A DNA stretch of 64,000 bases, taken from the NCBI GenBank assembly GCA_963663275.1, contig OY760183.1, positions 2,368,001 through 2,432,000 on the forward strand, given 5' to 3'. The stretch comes from Chloroflexota bacterium (GTDB lineage Bacteria; Chloroflexota; UBA11872; VXOZ01). How positions within the stretch are numbered: the first letter of the stretch is position 1; every line of letters begins with the position of its first letter. Shown here piece after piece: positions 57,210 to 64,000 of this stretch. Below the pieces are notes generated by a model. The model was given only the letters and a program-made list of their open reading frames with translations. It did no database searches and was not told the DNA's origin. A program made the position numbers and the translations under genes.

Positions 57210-58013
57210 CTACCGCGCAGCCGCCTCCCGATGGCGATCGAATTGGCTCCAGGCGACCGACTGCCGGGAAAAGATGCCGTGGGCGTTCCGCCAGAAGATC
57301 AACTCTTTCTCTTCATCGGGAATGGCCGCGCCGTAGACCTTCGCCAGTTGGGACATGAACGAGCGCGGCGCGTTGAGGTCGCTGCCGTAGACCACGCGGT
57401 CCGCTCCGGCGTGCTCCACCAGGGTCTCGGTGTAGCCGTTGGTGGCGTCGCCGCCGCCGATGTCCATGAAGAGGTTCGGCACGCCCTGGGCGGCCTTGGC
57501 CCCGTACTCCATGTCGCTGCCGGAGTGGCCGAAGAAGAAGCTGACGTCGGGGTGCTTTAGCCCCGCCTCGCGCATGTCGAAGGGATTGGTCTCGCCGGGC
57601 ATATTGCCGGTCACCGCCATATACGTGTGCTGGAGCACCGGCAGTTTGTGTTCAGCAAGAAGAAGATAGATGCCTTCTAAACGCGAGTCATTGGCTTTCA
57701 CACCGGTCCAGAGCTTCGCGCCCTGATGGCCGTCCCAGGCCTTTACGCGGCGCTTAAGCTCAGTCTCCATTTCCTGCGGATGGTAGGGATTGAGATACCA
57801 CATGGGTATCACGCAGTCGGGGTTGGCGGAGGCTACCTTAAAGGTAAGGTCGTTGCAGGCGGAGACGTACTCCGGCGTGGGCAGCGTGGGGGGATAATTG
57901 TCGTTGGAGTTAAGCACATTGATGCAGAGGATGACGCCGTGCCGCCGCGCCTTGCGCAACGAGACCGTGATCTCGTGGTCGTTCTTGACGTGAGAATGTA
58001 CGTCAATAATCAC
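57210..58013 (-). CDS. Amidohydrolase_2 family protein
   Basis: Motifs IIDVHSH, VLQHT, GHSG and VVYGSD; GGAGGAGG RBS. Confidence 0.85.
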   Translation of the reverse strand: MIIDVHSHVKNDHEITVSLRKARRHGVILCINVLNSNDNYPPTLPTPEYVSACNDLTFKVASANPDCVIPMWYLNPYHPQEMETELKRRVKAWDGHQGAKLWTGVKANDSRLEGIYLLLAEHKLPVLQHTYMAVTGNMPGETNPFDMREAGLKHPDVSFFFGHSGSDMEYGAKAAQGVPNLFMDIGGGDATNGYTETLVEHAGADRVVYGSDLNAPRSFMSQLAKVYGAAIPDEEKELIFWRNAHGIFSRQSVAWSQFDRHREAAAR

Positions 58014-58143
58014 CCGAGCCTCCTCCCCCAGCCGTCCCACTCACACGAACGCCTCGCCCCTAGCTTATATGTTCCTGTCATGCAAAGTCAATAAACTGCG
58101 GAATTAGTAGCACTAGACTTGGCAGCTATGCAGGACCGCGCTT

Positions 58144-58222
58144 CTGTCATTCCGAGCGGAGCGAGGAATCTAATCGTCCCCGCACACGAGATACTTCGTC
58201 GCTGCGCTCCTCAGAATGACAG
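58144..58222. repeat. REP-like family C doublet (CTGTCATTCCGAGCGGAGCGAGGAATCT...GAATGACAG)
   Basis: Inverted ends; related to 26238-26331, 50359 and 50698. Confidence 0.8.
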
Positions 58223-58314
58223 ATAGAAAAGCCGCCTTGGGTGTTGCCGCGAGCAACTGTTCGTTTGCCTGCGCAATGTAAGTCCAAATCTACTAAGTCC
58301 GATAAACTGATTTG

Positions 58315-59358
58315 CTAGGCGCCGATATTGGCCAGCGCCGCCTCTATGCACGCAATTGCCGCTCTGTCCGCCTCCAAGGCGCTGCCAATGCAATCGCCCG
58401 CCCTGGCGCGGTTTGCTGAAGTCCATGCGCCCCGCTCGCAGGCCTCGTCGCAGAGTGCGTGCAGAGGATTCAGCGACTTCATTTCGTGAGCGTAGTGGCT
58501 TGCCGCCGCTTCAAGCTGTCTGCCGGCTACCGGGAAGACCGGGACGAGGTCGCGCAGATAGGCCGCGGCGGCGATACGCCGTGCCATGAGTATTTCGACG
58601 TGGTGATGGGAGGTATTGACGGGAACATCCTTCGACTCGAATGCCTTGCGCCAGAGTTCGTAGGCGGCGAAACCGTGGGGCGTTGTCCGCCGGTTGGCAT
58701 TGCGTTCGTCGTCCTCTGCAAACCTGGTCGCGTGCGCAATTGCTACCGCCGTTTGCAGCGCCTCCAGGTGCGTTGTCTTTTCATCCGCCGTGCTTGGGCG
58801 GCAATAGACCTTCATGTATATCGACTCTATCGCTTCAGACTGTCCCACCTCGTCGTAGCGAACGGAGTACGTTTGTTCGACAAAAGGGTGACGGATAGTG
58901 TACGTCTCTGCAGATTTGCTGTAACCGACGATGAGTCCCCAGCACACGCCGTGGTGGTGGCTTTCTCTCATCGCCCGGCTCATCGGAGACCAAACCAGCG
59001 TGGGAGCTCCGCGTTCCAGAGCGTCGCAGACGGCCGCTCTCGCCTCTCGCTTGAGCGGCGGAAAATCGACGTTCTCGTCGTTCTCATCGGCCATGAACGT
59101 ACGAAACTCTGCGATTCTTGGAAGGATATCCACGGCGGGGCCCCAGTCGAGGTGGTCGTGGTTGACGTGTCGGCCCCCCTCTTTCATATCGAACTGGAAC
59201 GCATGTCCCAAGACACCCTGAAGCCGTGCCATCGTCCACTCCGGGCGGCCGACGGCCCGCATTAGCGGACTAAGGCAGGATGCAAGGGTTGTGCCCTGGT
59301 GGGGCATCGAAGGGCTGACATCTACCATGACATTCATGGATTGGGCTTTGTTCGGCAT
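58315..59358 (-). CDS. Hypothetical protein
   Basis: 347-aa ORF with RBS AAGGA; segments GHAFQF, WGLIVGY and GFAAYELW; family not confidently recognised. Confidence 0.65.
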   Translation of the reverse strand: MPNKAQSMNVMVDVSPSMPHQGTTLASCLSPLMRAVGRPEWTMARLQGVLGHAFQFDMKEGGRHVNHDHLDWGPAVDILPRIAEFRTFMADENDENVDFPPLKREARAAVCDALERGAPTLVWSPMSRAMRESHHHGVCWGLIVGYSKSAETYTIRHPFVEQTYSVRYDEVGQSEAIESIYMKVYCRPSTADEKTTHLEALQTAVAIAHATRFAEDDERNANRRTTPHGFAAYELWRKAFESKDVPVNTSHHHVEILMARRIAAAAYLRDLVPVFPVAGRQLEAAASHYAHEMKSLNPLHALCDEACERGAWTSANRARAGDCIGSALEADRAAIACIEAALANIGA

Positions 59359-59468
59359 ACTGCCTATCCTTCAATCAAGAGTCATTGGCTGCAATGCATG
59401 ACTGGAAAACCTGCGGATTCCTGCGGAGCCTTCCTGCTTTCCCAAGACTTCCCAATCTGGCACGATCT

Positions 59469-60491
59469 CTAGGAGTGGGAACGGGTGCGCGCCGGCAATT
59501 CCGGCGTCGCCGGTACCTGCTGCTGCGTTCCGCTGAACCCGGCCTCCGTGGCGCAGAGCGCGGCCTGCATGCTTTGCACCGCGTCCTGCGTGCTCACGAT
59601 AGGCGCGTGTCCCGCGCAGGCGGAGCGCACGAAATTGGAGAAGATGTCCCGTTGTTCGGGAAGGTCGATCAGCTCTTCCGATTCGTCCCAGCGGTAGAGC
59701 CACACCCGGTTGTCGTGGGTGATCTCCGCCTGCCCCTGTGTGCCCAGGATTTTGAGGCGGTTGTCCATGCGTCCGAGGCTTGGCGGCACCAGGCGGTGGT
59801 GTTCCATGACGGCGCTTACCCCTCCGTCCAAGCGGAAGAGCATCTGCCCGACGTTGTGGTAGTGGGGGTCGTCCGGGCGGCCTACGTTGCCTTCCGTACC
59901 GATGACGCTCTGATACTCGAGGCCCGTGATCCAGCGCACGATGTCGATGTCGTGGATGAGCAAGTCGAGCACCGGCCCGGCGGAGAGCCGCCGGTCGAAG
60001 AACCACTCCGGCCGCACGCCACGCCGCTCGGTGGCCGCGATGAGGGCGTAAGCCAGCGCCACCTCGCCGATTTGGCCGCTCCGCACCACGTCGCGCACGG
60101 CGCGATATACGGGGTTACCCCGCCGGCTGAAGAGTTGCCCGACGTGGAGAGAGGTGTTTTCCTGAAGGATTTCGATGACCCGGTCGAGTGCCTCTTGGCG
60201 CGAGACCATCGGCTTCTCCGCCAGCACCGGATAACCCGCTTCCAACGCCGCGATGACGGTCTCCCCTTGGTGAACCGGCAACTGAAAACTGGCAATCACG
60301 TCCAAGTCGTCCCGGGCCAAGAGTTCGTTATAGTCGTCATAGATGGCGGCCTGGTACTTTTCCGCCAGCGCCGCCCCTGGCTCGCCGGCGTTGGCGACCG
60401 CGGCCAGCGCAATCTCAGAGTCATTGTCCACCGCGCCGAACACGCGCTCGACGTGTTGCTCAAGTCCGATCAGACCCACACGGTACGTCAT
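59469..60491 (-). CDS. Gfo/Idh/MocA family oxidoreductase
   Basis: Motifs RVGLIG, VLAEKP and LDLLIHDID. Confidence 0.9.
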   Translation of the reverse strand: MTYRVGLIGLEQHVERVFGAVDNDSEIALAAVANAGEPGAALAEKYQAAIYDDYNELLARDDLDVIASFQLPVHQGETVIAALEAGYPVLAEKPMVSRQEALDRVIEILQENTSLHVGQLFSRRGNPVYRAVRDVVRSGQIGEVALAYALIAATERRGVRPEWFFDRRLSAGPVLDLLIHDIDIVRWITGLEYQSVIGTEGNVGRPDDPHYHNVGQMLFRLDGGVSAVMEHHRLVPPSLGRMDNRLKILGTQGQAEITHDNRVWLYRWDESEELIDLPEQRDIFSNFVRSACAGHAPIVSTQDAVQSMQAALCATEAGFSGTQQQVPATPELPARTRSHS

Positions 60492-60719
60492 GTTCGCCTC
60501 CTGTTTCTGCCTGCGCTACTGTCGCCCCCACTCAAGTTTAGAGGCCTGCGCTGCCGTCGTCCCCCTTCAAGTTTGAAAACCTCGGCAACCGCCGCCTGTC
60601 TCCATCAATGGAAAAGTGTCGGCCGCGCAATCGAGCAACCTCTTATATTTACATAAGCTAGCCATGCGGCGCGCTGGGTTGATTGTCGGCTGAGAAGAGT
60701 AGCCTGTGGCGGGCGTCTC

Positions 60720-61682
60720 CTACATCCCCAGTTCAGCCACGATCTGCCGCACGTAGGCCACGTCCTCTTCGAGTTGCGCCAGCAACTCAGGGTTGGATAG
60801 TTCCCGCCAACTCCATGCGCCCTGGTATTCAGTGTGGAACGACGCGCAGCGGTTGGCGTCTGCCCCGACGCCGTAGCCGATTTGCTTCAGGTACTCGAAC
60901 GCCTCGCGGTACGGCGTGATGCCTTCCTTTAAAGGTACGAACTTGCTCTCCCAGGAAACCACACCGGCGGTCGATTCAGAGCGCGCGCCGTCCTGTCCCG
61001 GTCGCACGTGGGAACGGCGGCCGCCGTCGTCCTGCGCGGTATAGGGGAAGAGACCCACATTCTTGAGCGAGAGCATGATGAGGCGCTCGGCAATGAGGTC
61101 CAGGCTCTGCACCCAGCCGCCGTACGCGCCTTCCAAGCCCATGTGGCCGAGATCGGCGTAGACGCCCAGCGCGGCCGGTTCGAAGTCGGCCACCAGGCGC
61201 TCCACCTGCATCGCCTCGGCGGACAAGCAGTAGCCGGCGTGAACGTGCACGCCGGCCTGGATGCCGTATTCCAGACACAGCCGCTCGATGCTTTCCAGGT
61301 CGCGGCGCATCTCGTCCAGTTGCCGCCGCAGGTGGCCGAAGCCCTGGTAGTGATGGTAGCCGAGTTTGAACTGCCGAATGCCGCATTCACTGGCAACGGC
61401 GATGACCTCGCGGGCGTGCGGAGAGGCGGCGCTGGTAATGTCCGTGGTGATCCAGCCGATTTCAAGTCCATGCGCGCGGCAAACCTCTACCGCGCGGGGG
61501 AGGTCCGCGCGCACCCGGTCCGGCGTCACGTGGCCGGCCGTGCCCGCCGCCGCTTCCGGCAGGGCATGACCGGCGCCGCGCACGGCAAGCTCGAAGCCGT
61601 CCAGGCCCAGTCCGGCAATCGTCGCCGCCATTTCCTCCAGTGAAAGGTGTTCGAATCGCTTTGAAAAAACTATGAATCTCAT
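60720..61682 (-). CDS. Sugar phosphate isomerase/epimerase (TIM barrel)
   Basis: Motifs VFSK, GFELAVR, YADLGH, LSLKN and SFHTEY. Confidence 0.82.
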   Translation of the reverse strand: MRFIVFSKRFEHLSLEEMAATIAGLGLDGFELAVRGAGHALPEAAAGTAGHVTPDRVRADLPRAVEVCRAHGLEIGWITTDITSAASPHAREVIAVASECGIRQFKLGYHHYQGFGHLRRQLDEMRRDLESIERLCLEYGIQAGVHVHAGYCLSAEAMQVERLVADFEPAALGVYADLGHMGLEGAYGGWVQSLDLIAERLIMLSLKNVGLFPYTAQDDGGRRSHVRPGQDGARSESTAGVVSWESKFVPLKEGITPYREAFEYLKQIGYGVGADANRCASFHTEYQGAWSWRELSNPELLAQLEEDVAYVRQIVAELGM

Positions 61683-61800
61683 GCCCACGTCCCATCGGTT
61701 CAAGTGTGCCGCCAGCCGCGCGCAGCGTCTCCGCCTCGTGCACTCGCTACTACTGCGGCCGGCGCGCCGGTTCATGTGCCGCTCGAAGGATACATGAGTG

Positions 61801-61830
61801 ACTATACGCTACTGACATGTCATTACACAA
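61801..61830 (-). promoter_or_regulatory. Putative sigma70 promoter with palindromic operator in the spacer
   Basis: The minus strand reads TTGTGT-N18-TATAGT; palindrome TGACATGTCA at 61813-61822. Confidence 0.45.
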
Positions 61831-61927
61831 AGTGACCACCGGCTCGTGCGTCAGACACTGCGATTTGAAGGATGTGGCATCTACTCCTGTCGAAAAGTAC
61901 ATAGCGTCTACATTGTCCCGCGACGCC

Positions 61928-62029
61928 GGCAGCGCAGGTTTGCAACCCGCTCGATTAGCGTAGCTTTGCAACACCCTGCGGTAGCGCAGGTTTGTAACCT
62001 GCGGGCAGCGTAGGTTTGCTACCTGCGCC
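61928..62029. repeat. REP-like family D tandem (GTAGCGCAGGTTTGTAACCTGCG)
   Basis: Three to four degenerate tandem copies; another copy at 50527-50550. Confidence 0.75.
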
Positions 62030-62198
62030 GCTCGTTTCGACGCGATTGTCTGAGGCAGCGCAACCGGAGCGCGGCACTGCCCGAACTTTTGGCTTGCTGT
62101 GCTACGTGGCAGATGGCCGCCAGTGCCCGGCCTATTGCCCCCGCGCGGCGCAGGGGAGTATTATTGGCAAAAGCAAGAAGACTCTCAAAGGAGCGCCT

Positions 62199-63815
62199 GT
62201 GGCACTTTCTACAAATCGCACGCGCGCCTTGGTTCTCACGTTGCTCTCCGTCGTGGGGGTCGTCCTCGTCTTGGGGTTTGCCGGCGCGCTCGTGGACCGG
62301 CTGCGCGGCGTGCCTGACTACGCGGCGCCGGTGCTGGAGATGAGCGAAGACGGTGAGCCGACGGTAAGCGTGCTGCCGGGGCGCGCCCAGTTGGGCGGGA
62401 CGGTCTTCATTACCGGCGCCCACTGGCCGGAGGGCGCGCTGATACGGCTTCAATTGACCTATCCGGATGGAGAATCGGCGGTTACCGTCGGCCACATCTG
62501 GGCGGACGCCTACGGCACGTTTCGGGTGCCGTTCGTGCTGCCGGAAGACCTGCCGCTGCTCGGGGAAAACGACCTGTTCGTGGAAGCCCGGGGCGAAACC
62601 CCCCGCGGCCGCGAGCACCTGCACACGCGCCTGCTGCAAGTGACCCGCACGGGCTGGCCACTGGTAGTGAGAGCCAGCGTGGGTGACGGCGAGCCGGTGG
62701 CCGGGGCGCACGTGACCCTGTACGACGCCATTGGCCAGTTGCTGGCCGAAGCGTTCACGCGGGAGGACGGCACGGCCACCATCGCGGACGTGCCGCTGGG
62801 CGCGTACACGATTGGCGTGCGCAAGCTGGACCACGCCTTGGCCCGCGCGGAAGTAACGGTATCCCGCCGGGAAACTGAAGTGCCGGTGTCGCTGGAGCCG
62901 CGCCCCGGCGGCCGGCTGTTCGTCGGCGGCCGGGACGACTCACTCACGCTGATCGACACCGCCAGCAATCTGCCGATCACACGCTACGAGGAAGTCCCGC
63001 CCACGTTCAATCTCGTTCCCAGCCTGGATGGACGCTACCTCTATAGCGGCCGCTACGGCAGCGCGATCGTCCGCTTCGACGCCGCCACGGGCGCGGTAGA
63101 CGAGACGTTCACCATCGAGAGCGGCTACGGCCAGCCCACAATCCTCTCGCTGCGTCCTTTCAACGAAACGACGATGTTCGGGCTCATCAGGTTCCAGGGC
63201 GACAATGACGAGCGGGTCTTTCGCATCGTGGCGATCGACATGGAGTCCTTGCAAGTCACCAAGAGCGTGACGGAGATTCCGTCGTACGGGCAGCTCATCC
63301 TCACTCCCGACGCCAGCCGCCTCATACACGTCGGCCACCAGAGCAAGACCATTACGGTGCTGAGCACGAATCCGCTGGCGGTCGTGCGCACCATTGACGT
63401 CCGGGAGAATCCGGGCCGCAGCGTAATGGCCCGGGACGGGACGCGCCTGTTCACCACGCTCATCGAATCCGGCACGCTTGCCATCGTCAACATCCGCGAC
63501 GGCACGGTGGAGCCGGGGGCAACCACCAGCGCCGGGTCAATTGCCGTGGCGCTGCACCCGCATGAAGAGCGGCTCTACGTGCTCAACGAGTCGCTCGGCT
63601 ACTGCCAGGTGCTTGACCCGACGACGCTGGCGGTGGACGACACCATCCCGGTGGGGCAGCGGCCGCGGGGTATGGCGCTCTCGAGCGAGGGACGGTACCT
63701 CTACATCGCCGACGGCAGCCTGCCGGTGATCCACGTGATCGACACGACGACAAATCAGCAGGTCGATACGATCACGCTGTCGAGCAGAGCGCGCACGCTG
63801 GAAGTGCCCAGCTAG
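62199..63815 (+). CDS. Membrane-anchored protein with Ig-like/carboxypeptidase-regulatory domains and YncE/YVTN-like beta-propeller
   Basis: N-terminal TM helix, GEPVAGAHVTL...TREDG and propeller repeats (IPVGQRPRGMALSSEGRYLYI, VIDTTTNQQVDTI); AAGGAG precedes GTG 62199. Confidence 0.8.
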   Translation: MALSTNRTRALVLTLLSVVGVVLVLGFAGALVDRLRGVPDYAAPVLEMSEDGEPTVSVLPGRAQLGGTVFITGAHWPEGALIRLQLTYPDGESAVTVGHIWADAYGTFRVPFVLPEDLPLLGENDLFVEARGETPRGREHLHTRLLQVTRTGWPLVVRASVGDGEPVAGAHVTLYDAIGQLLAEAFTREDGTATIADVPLGAYTIGVRKLDHALARAEVTVSRRETEVPVSLEPRPGGRLFVGGRDDSLTLIDTASNLPITRYEEVPPTFNLVPSLDGRYLYSGRYGSAIVRFDAATGAVDETFTIESGYGQPTILSLRPFNETTMFGLIRFQGDNDERVFRIVAIDMESLQVTKSVTEIPSYGQLILTPDASRLIHVGHQSKTITVLSTNPLAVVRTIDVRENPGRSVMARDGTRLFTTLIESGTLAIVNIRDGTVEPGATTSAGSIAVALHPHEERLYVLNESLGYCQVLDPTTLAVDDTIPVGQRPRGMALSSEGRYLYIADGSLPVIHVIDTTTNQQVDTITLSSRARTLEVPS

Positions 63816-64000
63816 GCTGCATTGCTTCCGCGCTCCCCTGTACCGGGGAGTCCGATTGGGCGCGCTGCCGGTCGCTCCCCGCCACTTTCTTCGATAATCC
63901 CGTCCCAAACCCTTGCGCGCTCCGGCCGGTCGTGCTATAGTAGACGAGCAAGACCTCATTTTTCGTCTTTCCCTTTCGTTCTCGCACTCGTTCTTCTCCC

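Overview
A GC-rich bacterial chromosomal segment, probably from Chloroflexota. This taxonomy is inferred from the Tat-lipoprotein SBPs, monoderm-style split Wzz/CpsD, Rex and the VanW protein. From left to right it holds: a truncated DAO-family oxidase; a low-GC type II restriction-modification cassette (alpha-class N4C MTase plus TdeIII/MjaII-like REase) and a GNAT; a GH51 arabinofuranosidase; assorted metabolic genes, including an HTH-MBL fusion, a DUF3179 lipoprotein, a ThiO-like oxidase, a nucleoside hydrolase, PfkA and an MFS transporter; a surface-polysaccharide operon running into holB; rarA; an AttEFGH-like ABC/lipocalin module; a CPT-like kinase; tRNA-Arg(CCG); a rex-nuoABCD-G-HIJKLMN complex I operon lacking nuoEF, with a Rex box; VanW; RidA; and a minus-strand uptake/catabolic cluster with two tandem orphan SBPs. 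The intergenic DNA carries about five families of REP-like palindromes. The best leads are (i) a 147-bp MITE with 15-bp TIRs and an 11-bp TSD, inserted in one REP and carrying another; (ii) a conserved orphan Shine-Dalgarno/mini-ORF leader before both SBP paralogues; and (iii) a Rex-headed complex I lacking NuoEF whose NuoG has an extra Fe-S motif. No CRISPR array, rRNA, integrase or transposase was seen, and I cannot establish from sequence alone that any of these systems is undescribed.
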